Assembly: GCA_963789955.1 (NCBI GenBank)
Contig: CAWBMV010000034.1
Location: forward strand, 800,001-864,000
Length of the DNA stretch: 64,000 nucleotides
Reading direction: 5' to 3'
Source: an uncultured Candidatus Rokubacteria bacterium
GTDB lineage: Bacteria; Methylomirabilota; Methylomirabilia; Rokubacteriales; CSP1-6
In this document: positions 32,197 to 42,645 of the stretch, piece by piece
How positions within the stretch are numbered: the first letter of the stretch is position 1
Layout of the letters: every line of letters starts with the position of its first letter
Program-made: the position numbers and the translations under genes
Notes under the pieces: model-generated
The model's database searches: none
Seen by the model: the letters and a program-made list of their open reading frames with translations, nothing else
What the model was told of the DNA's origin: nothing

Positions 32197-34010
32197 TTAC
32201 AGGTACTGACCGGTATTGACGACCCTCTCGACACTCCGGAGCTTTTCTTTGGTCTCGCCCATGAGAGGCTTCACGTAGACGATGCGCTCGCCCTTCTTGC
32301 CGGCGATCTTCGCCCAGTCGTCGGGGTTGGTGGTGTTCGGAAGATCCTCGTTCTCCTTGAACTCTTCGCGGACGGCCGTCAGGAGGTCGTCGGCCATGAT
32401 GCCCTTCTCGCCGCGCGCCGATGTAGCGCTTGAGCGCGAGCTTCTTGGCCCGGCGCACGACCGACTCGATCATCGCGCCGGAGGAGAAGTCCTTGAAGTA
32501 GAGGACCTCTTTGTCACCGTTCGCGTAGGTGACCTCCAGGAAGCGGTTCTCCTCGCTGAGGGCGTACATCGCCTCGACGGTGGCGGCGATCATCGAGGTG
32601 ATGGCGCTGGGCACGTCGCGTGCCGCGAGTCTCGGACTCGGCGAAGGGGATGTCGGTGGTGAGGTACTTGGCGAAGATCTCCGCGGCCGAGGCGCGATCG
32701 GGGCGCTCGATCTTGATCTTCACGTCGAGCCGGCCGGGGCGCAGGATGGCCGGATCGATGAGGTCCTGGCGGTTGGAGGCGCCGATGACGATGACGTTCT
32801 TGAGCCCTTCGACGCCGTCGATCTCGGCCAGGAGCTGGGGCACGATGGTGGTCTCGACGTCGGAGGAGATGCCGGTGCCGCGGGTGCGGAAGAGGGCGTC
32901 CATCTCGTCGAAGAAGACGATGACGGGGACATCCTCGGCGGCCTTTTCCTTGGCCTTGACGAAGATCTCGCGGATCTTGCGCTCGGTCTCGCCGACGTAC
33001 TTGTTGAGGAGCTCGGGGCCCTTGATGTTGAGGAAGAAGCCCTTGATCTTCTCGCCGCGCTTCTCGGAGATCTTCTCGGCGAGATTGTTGGCGACGGCCT
33101 TGGCGATCATGGTCTTGCCGCAGCCGGGAGGGCCATAGAGGAGCACGCCCTTGGGGGGCGTGAGCTTGTGCTCCTTGTAGTAGTCGCCGTAGAGGTAGGG
33201 CAGCTCGACGGCGTCCTTGATGGCCTCGATCTGATCGCCGAGACCGCCGATGTCGTCGTAGCCGATGTCGGGCACTTCCTCGAGCGTGAGGTCTTCGACT
33301 TCGCTCTTCGGCAGCTTCTCCAGCAGGTAGCCGCTCTTGGCGTCGAGCAGGAGATGATCGCCGGTCTTGAGGCGCTGGGTGCGCAGGGGCTCGGCGATGA
33401 TGCCGACCTTTTCTTCGTCGGCGCGGAGGGTGACCAGCGCGCGCTCGGCGTCGAGCTGTTCCTTGAGGATGACGACCTCGCCCTGGATCTCGTAGCCGGC
33501 GGCCTCGATGACGTTGAGGCCTTCGTTGAGGATGAGCTCCTGGCCGGGCTTGAGCATCTCGGGCTTGAGCGAGGGATGCAGGTTGACCTTCACCTTGCGG
33601 CCCTGGGAGAGGATGGTGACGGTGCTGTCCTCGTTGGCGGCGAGATACACGCCGTACGTCGAGGGCGGAGCACAGAGCTTGTCGACCTCTTCCTTGAGCG
33701 CGGTGATCTGCTCGCGCGCTTCGTACAGCGCGTTCACGAGCTTCTCGTTCTGGTTGAACGCCTGAACGAGCTGCCGGTTCGCCTCGCGGAGCTTGTTCTC
33801 GAGGACCATGAAGTCCTTGGGCGTGTCCTCGAGCTTCTTCCGCAGGTGAACGGTCTCCGCTTCCAGCGACCTGATGTACGCCTGAAGGTCCTGCACTTGG
33901 ATTTCGTACTCCGTAAGACGACGACGCGTGCTCGAATCCGACATAGAGGCGGGAAGGAACTTCGAGAAGCCCTCACGACTCGGGCTACTCTTCTTGTCGA
34001 ACTCCTTCAT
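32197..34010 (-). CDS. arc: Proteasome AAA+ ATPase ARC/Mpa (frameshifts ~32620 and ~32415)
   Basis: N-terminal coiled coil, [47 protein letters not shown]-terminal GQYL. Confidence 0.95.
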
Positions 34011-34075
34011 GGTCCATCCCTTCTCACTTGACCCCCTGTGCGCCGCTCGTGCACAAGCTTCTGTCGCGTGCTCGA

Positions 34076-34105
34076 AGTATAGGCGGCTGCAAAAAAGAAA
34101 GTCAA
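34076..34105 (-). promoter_or_regulatory. Sigma70-type promoter of the arc/proteasome operon
   Basis: Minus strand TTGACT-18nt-TATACT, about 65 nt upstream of the arc ATG. Confidence 0.6.
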
Positions 34106-34302
34106 GGTTGGCAGGTAACTTACCGCCGGTTGACACGTTGAATTTTCTATGTTTTTCCCCATCGATGTGACTCCCTCGTCACTTTGGTCGCCCACTCGCG
34201 CCCCCGAGTCATCAGCGGAGCAAGTTCTGTACCCGACCAACCCGCTTCTCCCGCTCTCGAAACGTGTGGCGTGAATAGTGGGTTCCACGTATAAAGACGG
34301 AG

Positions 34303-35923
34303 ATGCCCGCGCCGATGTTCGGTCGCGTCGCTGCCTTTCTGGCTCCGCTCGTGACGTTCCTGGTGACGTTCCTGGTCGCGACCCCTCTCGCGACCTCGCC
34401 GGCTCTCGGCCAGAACACGCCGCTGCCCACCCAGGTCGTCCGGCGCGAGCTGCGGATCGGTGCTCCCGGTGTCCCGTCGGCGCTCGATCCGGGCGCGGCG
34501 CTCGAAGGGACCAACCCGCTGATCGCGCGGCAGGTTTTCGACACTCTGGTCGCCTGGCGCGAGGGGAGCACCGAGATCGAGCCGGCGCTGGCCACCCGCT
34601 GGAACGTGTCGCGCGACGGGCTCGTCTGGTCGTTCTCCCTGCGCGAAGGCGTCAAGTTTCACGACGGTAGCCCGCTCACCGCGGCCGAGGTCGCCGCGAG
34701 CTTCGAGCGTCAGCTACGTCCGGAAGCCCACGGAACGAACCGCACCTGGCCGGCGCTGCTCCGCGGCACGCCCGGAGTCGTCAAGGAAGTCCGCGCGCCC
34801 AATGCGCGAACGGTCGAGATCGTTCTGGTCCAGCCCTACGCGCCCCTTGTCACCGTGCTCGCCCATCCTGGGCTCGCGGTCGCCAAGCCTTCGACGGCAC
34901 CCGAAGGCGGCGGCAGATTGATCGGTACGGGTCCTTATCGCGTCGTGGATGCCTCGGCGGGTCGCCTGGCGCTCGAGGCCATGCCTGGCTACTGGGGAGG
35001 CGCGCCGAAGTCGGAGCGGCTCGTGTTTCTCGACGTGAGTGCCGACGACCAGGCCGAGTCCGAGCTCGACTCCCGGTCGCTCGACATCTGGTTTCCGGCG
35101 GGTCCGCCACGGCGTGCCGCGGGTGCGCTCTCGGCCCCTAGCCTTCGCATCGGATATCTGGCCTTCCAGACCGAGAAGGAGCCCTTCTCACGAAGGACCC
35201 TTCGCCAGGCTGTCGCCGCGGCCCTGGATCCGGCGATCCTGGGCCAGACGCTCGAGCGCGCCGCGATGCCCTTGCAGTCCTTTCTCCCTCCGGGAGTCTG
35301 GGGACGCCGCGAGGGCTCGCCGATCCTCGGCGGCAGCCGCGCGACCGTGAAGGCGCTCATCAAGGAGAGCCGCTGGCCGAAGGAAACGAAGCCGACCTTG
35401 CTGGTACCGGCGGAAACGACGCCGCTGAATCTCCCGAAGGTGGCTGAGACGATCCAGCTGCTCCTGGGCTCCGACGACCTGCCGCTCAACATCCAGGTCG
35501 AGCCCGAAGGGACCATGCGCGCGCTCCTGCAGTCCGGAGCGTTCGACATGGCCCTGGCGGAGGCGATCGTCACGGGCGGCGATCCTCATCTCCTTCTATA
35601 TCCTCTGTCGACGAGCGAGGCGGCGACCAAGGGCCCGCGCGCGACGAACTTCTCCTTCTACCGGAACCCGCGGCTCGACGACGTGCTGATCCGGGCGAGC
35701 CAGCTCTCGTTCCGCTCCGAGCGCCAGCGGCTCTACCAGCGCGGGCAGGCGATACTGGCCGAAGAGCTGCCGTGGCTCCCGATCTACGTGCGTCTGCAGT
35801 GGGCGGTGGTCTCGCTCCGACGTCAAAGGTCTGCGGCTGCATCCGACGGGCATTCATCGTCTCGACACGGTGAGTCTCGACATTCCGCCCGCCCTGGCTC
35901 CCGCTCCCGGCGCCACCCGCTGA
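34303..35923 (+). CDS. Peptide/nickel ABC substrate-binding protein (family 5); frameshift ~35812
   Basis: SALDP, VFDTLV, IEPALATRWNVS, FSLREGVKFHDG, IGTGPY; the true C-terminus KGLRLHPTGIHRLDTVSL..TGA 35923 is in a shifted frame. Confidence 0.88.
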
Positions 35924-35940
35924 CGAGGCGAGGCTCGCCT

Positions 35941-36939
35941 GTGCCATCGATCGCCGACACGACGCTCGAGATGATCGAGTGGGTCTTTCCGGAGCATGCG
36001 GGCGGACCGGGGCAGATCCACGGCGGCCGGATGATGGAGTGGATCACCAAGGCCGGCACCCTGGCCGCCTCGCGCGTCGCGCGCGGCACCGTGGTCCTCG
36101 GCGCGATGGACGACATCGACTTCCTGCATCCGGTCAAGGTGGGCCAGATCGCCATCTTGAGGGCGCGCGTCGAGTACGTCGGAACGAGTTCCCTGGAGGT
36201 CGGGGTTCGGGTCTTCGCCGAGGACGTGATCACCGGGGAGCGCCGGGCGACCCTGAACTCGCACCTGGTCTTCGTGAAGGTCGATGAGGGCGTGCGTCCG
36301 CGCCCGGTCGAGGCTAAGATTCGTCCCCGGGACGCCGCCGAGTCGGCGCTGGTCGAGGCGGCCCGGGCCCGGCGCGAGCAGCGGCTGGCGCGGTTCGCCC
36401 AGCGACAGTCGCGTCTCGCCGCGAACGCCGAGCCAGACCTGGACGCCAGCGACGTTGACGTCGGCTGGCGCTTCGAATCGGTTCGAAGCGTCCTGCCCGA
36501 GGACGCGCTGTTCGGCAACACGATGTTCGTGGGCAAGATGCTCATGGCGCTCGACGAGGCGGGCGGCATCCTGTCGATGCGATACTGCAAGGGTCTCGTG
36601 ATGACGGCGTGCGTGGACGCGATGGACTTCTACTCGCCGATCTTCACGCACGAGGTCGTCACGTTCAAGGCGGCGCTGAATCACGTCGGCACCTCGTCGC
36701 TCGAGGTCGGCGTGAAGGTGCTGGCGGAAGTCCCGTGGTCGGGCGAGGTGCGACACGCCTGCACCGCGTTCGTCACGTACGTGCACCTGGGGGCCGACTT
36801 GCGTCCGCGCCCGTGTTCGCCGTACACGCCGACGACCGCGGGCGCTCGTCGGCGATGGGAGGCCGCGCTCGGTCGGCGGGCGCAGCGGCTCGAGCGCGTG
36901 AAGGGACTCAAGGCGATGCTGCTCAACGAAAGAGGGTAG
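35941..36939 (+). CDS. Double hotdog-fold acyl-CoA thioesterase
   Basis: Two domains: GQIHGG..DIDFLHPVKVG..VGTSSLEV and DAMDFYSPI..VGTSSLEV. Confidence 0.88.
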   Translation: MPSIADTTLEMIEWVFPEHAGGPGQIHGGRMMEWITKAGTLAASRVARGTVVLGAMDDIDFLHPVKVGQIAILRARVEYVGTSSLEVGVRVFAEDVITGERRATLNSHLVFVKVDEGVRPRPVEAKIRPRDAAESALVEAARARREQRLARFAQRQSRLAANAEPDLDASDVDVGWRFESVRSVLPEDALFGNTMFVGKMLMALDEAGGILSMRYCKGLVMTACVDAMDFYSPIFTHEVVTFKAALNHVGTSSLEVGVKVLAEVPWSGEVRHACTAFVTYVHLGADLRPRPCSPYTPTTAGARRRWEAALGRRAQRLERVKGLKAMLLNERG

Positions 36940-36943
36940 GGCG

Positions 36944-37696
36944 ATGTCAGGGCACTCTCGGTGGTCACAGATCAAGCGCAAGAAGGGCAAGACCGACGTC
37001 CAGCGCGGCAAGCTCTTCTCCAAGATCCTCCGCGAGATCACGGTGGCGGCAAAGGGCGGCGGCGGCGATCCCAAGGCCAACGTGCGCTTGAAAGCCGCGA
37101 TGGAGTCCGCCAAGGAAGCGAACATGCCGCAGGAGAACATCAAGCGGGCGATCCAGAAGGGCACCGGCGAGCTGCCCGGTGAGTCCTACGAAGAGATCAC
37201 GTACGAGGGGTACGCGCCGGGCGGCGTCGCCCTGCTGATCCAGGTGCTCACCGACAACCGCAACAGAACCGGCCCCGAGATCCGCCACGCGTTCGAGAAA
37301 TTCGGCGGCAACATGGGCTCCTCGGGCGCCGTCGCGTGGATGTTCGAGCGCCAGGGGATCATCCAGGTGGATTCCTCGAAGATCGACGAGGACGACCTGC
37401 TCGCGAAGGCCCTCGATGCCGGAGCGACCGACATGCGCCGGGCCGAAAAAGCTTTCGAGATCATCACCGCCCCTGCTGAAATGGACGCCGTGCGCGACGC
37501 GCTGAGTCGGGCGCGGGTTCCCGTGCTGGAGGGCCAGGTCAGCTTCGTCCCGCAGTCGACGGTGCGGGTCGAGGGCAAGGACGCGACCGCCGTGGTGCGC
37601 CTGGTCGAGGCGCTGGAGGAATTGGACGACGTCCAGTCCGTCTACGCTAACTACGACATTCCTGACGAGGTTCTCGAGGCCATCTCGGCCGCATAG
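36944..37696 (+). CDS. yebC: YebC/PmpR family protein
   Basis: MSGHSRWSQIKRKKG, YEGYAPGG, TDNRNRT, DDVQSVYAN. Confidence 0.95.
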   Translation: MSGHSRWSQIKRKKGKTDVQRGKLFSKILREITVAAKGGGGDPKANVRLKAAMESAKEANMPQENIKRAIQKGTGELPGESYEEITYEGYAPGGVALLIQVLTDNRNRTGPEIRHAFEKFGGNMGSSGAVAWMFERQGIIQVDSSKIDEDDLLAKALDAGATDMRRAEKAFEIITAPAEMDAVRDALSRARVPVLEGQVSFVPQSTVRVEGKDATAVVRLVEALEELDDVQSVYANYDIPDEVLEAISAA

Positions 37697-37697
37697 C

Positions 37698-38183
37698 CTC
37701 CGGGTCCTCGGCGTCGACCCCGGCCTGGTCGGAACCGGCTACGGATTGATCGAGCCGGCTCCCGGCGGGGTTGCCGTGCTCGGCAGCGGTGTCATCTCGA
37801 CGAGCGCGGATCTGCCGCTCGAAGCGCGGATCCATCTGATCTACGACGGCGTCCGAAGCCTCCTCGAGGCTCAGACCCCGACGGTGCTCGTCCTCGAGGA
37901 CCTGTACGCCGAGTACAAGTTTCCGCGGACCGCGCTGCTGATGGCCCACGCGCGCGGCGTGATCTGCCTCGCCGCGCGCCAGAGCGACGTCGCGGTGCTG
38001 GCGCTGGCGCCGGCCGAGGTCAAGCGCGCGGTCGCCGCCGCCGGCGCCGCCTCGAAGCATCAGGTGCAGCATTCCGTCCAGCGGATCCTCAAGCTCGCCG
38101 CGCTCCCGACGCCGTCGCACGTCGCCGACGCGCTCGCCCTCGCGCTGACCGGCTTCTCTCGCCTGGGCGGGCGGCTGTCGTGA
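37698..38183 (+). CDS. ruvC: Holliday junction resolvase (start codon unresolved)
   Basis: LRVLGVDPGLVGTGYG upstream of the ORF-track start, VLEDLY, AHARGV, EVKRAV, ADALALA. Confidence 0.9.
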   Translation, partial: LRVLGVDPGLVGTGYGLIEPAPGGVAVLGSGVISTSADLPLEARIHLIYDGVRSLLEAQTPTVLVLEDLYAEYKFPRTALLMAHARGVICLAARQSDVAVLALAPAEVKRAVAAAGAASKHQVQHSVQRILKLAALPTPSHVADALALALTGFSRLGGRLS

Positions 38184-38830
38184 TCGCGACCCTCGCCGGG
38201 CGGCTGCGGCGCAAGCTCGAGGATCGCGTCGTGGTCGAGTGCGGCGGCCTCGGGTACGAGGTGTTCCTGCCGCCGATCGCCCAGCGTCAGATCGAGCACG
38301 TCACCGCCGGTCCGGGCGAGAAGGGGAGCGAGCTCGAGCTCGTCATCTATTACCACGCGACTCGCGACCAGCCGCGCCCGGTCCTGATCGGGTTCACCTC
38401 CGATCTCGACAAGGAGTTCTTCGAGAAGCTGATCACGGTCAAGGACATCGGTCCGATGGTCGCCGCGCGCGCGCTCGCGCTGCCGGTCGGCGAACTGGCG
38501 GCGGCGATCGCACGCCAGGACGAAAAGTTCTTGCGCGGTCTCCCGGGTGTCGGTCCGCAGAAGGCCAAGAACATCGTCGCGCAGCTCCAGAACAAGGTCT
38601 CGAAGTTCGCGCTGGCCCGCGAGGGCGCTCCGGTCGAGCCGGTCGCGGCCGCGGCGAAGCCGATCGACGCCGACGGGCTGCGCGAGCTGGTGTGGGAGAT
38701 CATGGTCAAGCAGCTCGGCCACCGGCCCTCCGAGGCTTCGCAGCTCATCACCGACGCGCTGCGCCGCCGTCCGTCGATCATGTCGCCGGAGGAGCTGTTC
38801 GACGAGATCTACCGCGGGCAGAAGGCGTGA
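38180..38830 (+). CDS. ruvA: Holliday junction branch migration protein RuvA
   Basis: MIATLAG, GLGYEV, LITVKDIGP, LPGVGPQKA. Confidence 0.92.
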   Translation: MIATLAGRLRRKLEDRVVVECGGLGYEVFLPPIAQRQIEHVTAGPGEKGSELELVIYYHATRDQPRPVLIGFTSDLDKEFFEKLITVKDIGPMVAARALALPVGELAAAIARQDEKFLRGLPGVGPQKAKNIVAQLQNKVSKFALAREGAPVEPVAAAAKPIDADGLRELVWEIMVKQLGHRPSEASQLITDALRRRPSIMSPEELFDEIYRGQKA

Positions 38831-39873
38831 TGACGGCAACGGCCGACGACGGGAAGATGCTCAGTCGTGTCGCGGCGCCCGAAGAGGTGCAGTTCGAGCG
38901 CCAGCTCCGCCCGCGCAGTTTCGAGGAGTACGTGGGGCAGGAGCAGGCGGTCTCCAGTCTGAAAGTCTCGGTCGACGCCGCCAAGATGCGACAGGAGTGC
39001 GTGGACCACGTGCTCCTGTACGGCCCGCCCGGACTCGGCAAGACGACGCTCGCCGGGATTCTCGCCAACGAGATGGGCACCACCCTGGTGACGACGTCCG
39101 GCCCGGCCATCGAGCGGGGCGCCGACCTGATGGGCATCCTGACGAACCTCGGCGAGAAGGACGTGCTCTTCATCGACGAGGTCCATCGGCTGCCCCGGGC
39201 GGTCGAGGAGCTGCTCTATCCGGCGATGGAAGACTTCGCCGTCAACTTCGTGATCGACAAGGGACTTCACGCGCGCACGCTCAAGTACGCGCTCCGGCCC
39301 TTCACGCTGGTCGCCGCGACGACGCGCCCCGGAATGCTGTCGGCGCCGCTGCGCGAGCGCTTCGGCATCTTCCATCACCTGGATTTCTACTCGGAAGCCG
39401 AGCTCTCCCGGATCGTGAACCGCTCGGCGGCGATCCTCGACTCGAAGATCGGTCCCGACGGCGCGCACGAGATCGCGCGCCGATCTCGCGGAACCCCTCG
39501 CATCGCCAACCGCCTATTGCGCCGCGTGCGCGACTACGCGCAGGTGAAGGGGGACGGCGTGATCAACGAGGACATCGCGCGCCGCGCGCTCGACAGCGAG
39601 GGTGTCGACGCCCGCGGTCTCGACCGGCTCGACCGGCGCTTCCTCACCGCGATCGTGGATCACTATGACGGCGGGCCGGTCGGTCTCGAAGCGATCGCCG
39701 CCACGATCAACGACGAGGCGGAGACCCTCTCCGAGCTCGTCGAGCCCTATCTCCTGAAGATCGGCTTCATCGTGCGGACACCGAACGGCCGCCGCGTCAC
39801 CCGCGAAGCCTACCGCCACCTGGGCAAGCAACCCCCCGCCGCGGCCCCCGGCCAACAGGGCCTGTTCGAGTGA
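38830..39873 (+). CDS. ruvB: Holliday junction helicase RuvB
   Basis: LRPRSFEEYVGQ, GPPGLGKTT, FIDEVHRL, SRGTPRIANRLL. Confidence 0.96.
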   Translation: MTATADDGKMLSRVAAPEEVQFERQLRPRSFEEYVGQEQAVSSLKVSVDAAKMRQECVDHVLLYGPPGLGKTTLAGILANEMGTTLVTTSGPAIERGADLMGILTNLGEKDVLFIDEVHRLPRAVEELLYPAMEDFAVNFVIDKGLHARTLKYALRPFTLVAATTRPGMLSAPLRERFGIFHHLDFYSEAELSRIVNRSAAILDSKIGPDGAHEIARRSRGTPRIANRLLRRVRDYAQVKGDGVINEDIARRALDSEGVDARGLDRLDRRFLTAIVDHYDGGPVGLEAIAATINDEAETLSELVEPYLLKIGFIVRTPNGRRVTREAYRHLGKQPPAAAPGQQGLFE

Positions 39874-40006
39874 CGCGGCCGGCCGAGATAGGGCGCCGCC
39901 GGGCCTGCGACCGCCAAGCGGGGCTCGTGGACCGCATCGCAATGAACATCGCCTTGCGGAGCCGGCTCGCGCCTCTCTCAGGCCACCCTCGGTCCAAGCA
40001 GGCCTC

Positions 40007-40228
40007 ATGGTCCCCGTTACAGTAGGCAAGGTCCTCATTGCCTTCGGTCTTCTCATCGTCCTCGCCGGCGTGGTGCTCGTGCTCGTCGGACGCGTGCCGT
40101 GGGTCGGCCGCCTGCCGGGCGACATTCATATCCAGCGCGGGAATTTCACCTTCTATTTCCCGCTCGCGACCTCACTGCTCCTGAGCGTCGTCCTGACCCT
40201 CATCTTCTATCTCGTCGGGCGCCGGTGA
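40007..40228 (+). CDS. DUF2905-like small membrane protein
   Basis: GRLPGDIHIQRGNFTFYFPLATSLLLS. Confidence 0.85.
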   Translation: MVPVTVGKVLIAFGLLIVLAGVVLVLVGRVPWVGRLPGDIHIQRGNFTFYFPLATSLLLSVVLTLIFYLVGRR

Positions 40229-41343
40229 GCAGCCTCTTCGCGGCGGCGGCGCTGCTGGCGCTGTCGAGCACCGCGATGGTCGCGGCCGACACGATCCGTG
40301 TGGCGATCGCCGAGAACGTGCGATCGGTCGAGCTGCGCGGTCTCAACATCGAGGTGAGCGAGCTGGGCTGCGTCGCGTGCCCGCGGGGCGTCGGGCGGAC
40401 CGATACCGTGCGCGCCGTGGTGAACGGTCAAGGCGTCGAAATCGATCGCCGGTCCGCGGCGGCCTTTCGGCTGACCAGCGATACGCCGATCCGGATGAAC
40501 GGGCGCGAATACCCCGCCACGCTCGAGATCGTCCGCTACGGTGAGGGGCTCGCGATCGTCAACGAGCTTCGGCTCGAGGAATACGTCGTCGGCGTCCTGC
40601 GAGCCGAGACCAGCGAGAAGTGGCCGGCCGAGACCCTGCGCGCCCAGGCGATCGTGGCGCGGACCTACGCGGCCTTCCTTCGCTCGTCGAGCGGCACCCG
40701 GCCGTACAACATCGTCGCCACGACGACGCACCAGGTGTACGCGGGACACGTGCCGGCGTCCTCACCCATCTGGGACGCGGTGCGCGACACGGCCGGACAG
40801 GTGCTCCTGTGGGACGGCGAGCTGTTCCCGGCCTTCTACCATTCGGCGAGCGGCGGCTACACGGAGGATCCGCGCACCGTCTTCGCGGCGCGCAACATGC
40901 CCGCGCTCAAGGCGATCCGTGACGATTTCTCGACGGCGGCGCCCCACTACTACTGGACCCTCGATCTCAAGCTTTCGGATCTGTCCGGCATCCTCAAGCG
41001 AAACGGCTACGACGTGGGCACGGTGACCGCCCTGGAGGTCACCGAGCGCACGCAGTCGCTCCGGGTGTCGAGCCTGACCGTCCACGGCACTCGAAGCTTC
41101 GTGCGGCTGCGCGGCAACGACTTCCGCCGCATGGTCGGCTACGAGACGGTCAAGTCGACCTTGTTCGCGGTCGCGCTCGACGGCTCGGTCGCCCGCTTCT
41201 CCGGCCGCGGATACGGCCACGGCGTGGGCATGTCGCAGTGGGGCGCCAAGGGCATGGCCGAGCAGGGATACAAGGCCGAGAAGATCCTCGAGTACTACTA
41301 TCCGGGGACCACGCTCGGCTGGCTCGGCACGCCCACGCGGTGA
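40225..41343 (+). CDS. SpoIID/LytB domain lytic transglycosylase
   Basis: LEEYVVGVLRAE, LRAQAIVARTYA, HQVY, GYGHGVGMSQWGA. Confidence 0.92.
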   Translation: MSSLFAAAALLALSSTAMVAADTIRVAIAENVRSVELRGLNIEVSELGCVACPRGVGRTDTVRAVVNGQGVEIDRRSAAAFRLTSDTPIRMNGREYPATLEIVRYGEGLAIVNELRLEEYVVGVLRAETSEKWPAETLRAQAIVARTYAAFLRSSSGTRPYNIVATTTHQVYAGHVPASSPIWDAVRDTAGQVLLWDGELFPAFYHSASGGYTEDPRTVFAARNMPALKAIRDDFSTAAPHYYWTLDLKLSDLSGILKRNGYDVGTVTALEVTERTQSLRVSSLTVHGTRSFVRLRGNDFRRMVGYETVKSTLFAVALDGSVARFSGRGYGHGVGMSQWGAKGMAEQGYKAEKILEYYYPGTTLGWLGTPTR

Positions 41344-41672
41344 CGATTTCCTGGCAGGACTTCGAGAAGGTCGACATGCGGGTCGGTGTCGTCACCGACG
41401 CCAAGGAGTTCCCCGAGGCCCGGCGTCCCGCCATTCGCCTCTGGATCGACTTCGGGTCTCTCGGGACCAAGCGCTCGAGCGCGCAGATCACCGCGCACTA
41501 CCGCCCCGCCGATCTGATCGGTCGACGGGTCGTGGCCGTCGTCAACTTCCCGCCGAAGCAGATCGGTCCCTTCGTCTCGGAGGTCCTGGTGCTCGGCGCC
41601 TACAACGAGGCCGGGGAAGTCATCTTGCTCAACCCCGATCAGCCCGTCGCGCCCGGCTCGAAGATCGGCTAA
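41340..41672 (+). CDS. csaA: CsaA-like tRNA-binding/export chaperone
   Basis: DFEKVDMRVG, KRSSAQIT, VVNFPPKQIG..SEVLVLG. Confidence 0.9.
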   Translation: MTISWQDFEKVDMRVGVVTDAKEFPEARRPAIRLWIDFGSLGTKRSSAQITAHYRPADLIGRRVVAVVNFPPKQIGPFVSEVLVLGAYNEAGEVILLNPDQPVAPGSKIG

Positions 41673-41695
41673 GCTCTCGCCCGGAGGGCCTCGCG

Positions 41696-42607
41696 ATGAG
41701 AGTCGGGATCTCGTTGACGAGCAGTCATGCGGTGAAGGATCCGCGCGAGGGCGCGCGCTGGATGATCGAGCGCGCCGCGGCGGCGCGGCAGGCCGGTCTC
41801 GATTCGCTGTTCGTCGGCGATCACCACGCGACACCCGGGCCCTACTATCAGAACGTCCCGATCCTCGGCCGGCTCCTCGCCGAGTGGGGCGATGCGCCGG
41901 CGGGCTGCCTGTTCCTCCTGCCGCTCTGGAATCCGGTGCTCGTGGCCGAGCAGGTCGGAACGCTCGCGGCCGTCGCGCGCGGCCGCTTCATCGTCCAGTG
42001 CGGGCTGGGCTACGACGAGGCGCAGTTCGCGGCCATGGGCACGACACTCAAGTATCGCCCCTCGGCCTTCGAGGAATCGTTCGCGATCGTCCAGCGCCTG
42101 CTCCGGGGCGAGACCGTCAGCTCGTCCCGCCGCTTCACCTTTCGGGACGCGCGACTCGCGCTGCGTCCGCCGGAGAACGTCGAGTACTGGATCGGCGCCA
42201 GCGCGCGCCCGGCCATCGACCGCGCCGCGCGACTCGCCGAGGGCTTTCTCGCGTCGCCGTCGCTCACGCTCGACGAGGCGCGCGATCAGGCCGCCTTCTA
42301 TCTGGAGCGCTGCAAGGTCCACGGCCGAGCTCCCAAGGCGGTCGCCATTCGCCGCGACATCTACGTCGGTGACTCGGCGGCGGATGCCGAACAAGTCAAG
42401 GGCGCGATCCTGGCGACCGGATATCGCGGGATCCCGGCCCCGGCGCTCGTCGCCGGCTCGGTCGAGAGCGTCGTCAAGCAATTCGCCGAGCTCGCCGCGC
42501 TCGGCTACACCGACGTCATCGTCCGCCACCTGACCAACGAGCAGCCGAAAGTCCTCGCCTCGCTCGCGCGGCTCCGCAAAGTCAAGGAAGCGCTCGCCGG
42601 CACGTAG
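41696..42607 (+). CDS. LLM-class flavin-dependent oxidoreductase
   Basis: GLDSLFVGDHH, NPVLVAEQVGTL, AIDRAARLAEG. Confidence 0.85.
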   Translation: MRVGISLTSSHAVKDPREGARWMIERAAAARQAGLDSLFVGDHHATPGPYYQNVPILGRLLAEWGDAPAGCLFLLPLWNPVLVAEQVGTLAAVARGRFIVQCGLGYDEAQFAAMGTTLKYRPSAFEESFAIVQRLLRGETVSSSRRFTFRDARLALRPPENVEYWIGASARPAIDRAARLAEGFLASPSLTLDEARDQAAFYLERCKVHGRAPKAVAIRRDIYVGDSAADAEQVKGAILATGYRGIPAPALVAGSVESVVKQFAELAALGYTDVIVRHLTNEQPKVLASLARLRKVKEALAGT

Positions 42608-42645
42608 CGGGCTGTTCGACGGCCCGCCATGTACACTGACCTGCC

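Noticed and set aside
30575..32614. Apparent Arc-fragment/Dop fusion (679 aa)
   Set aside because: Produced by arc frameshifts reading through the hairpin spacer; Arc ends in GQYL at 32197 and Dop starts at 32071
34303..36939. Apparent 878-aa SBP-thioesterase fusion
   Set aside because: A frameshift near 35812 hides the normal SBP C-terminus and its stop at 35923; the thioesterase has its own GTG at 35941
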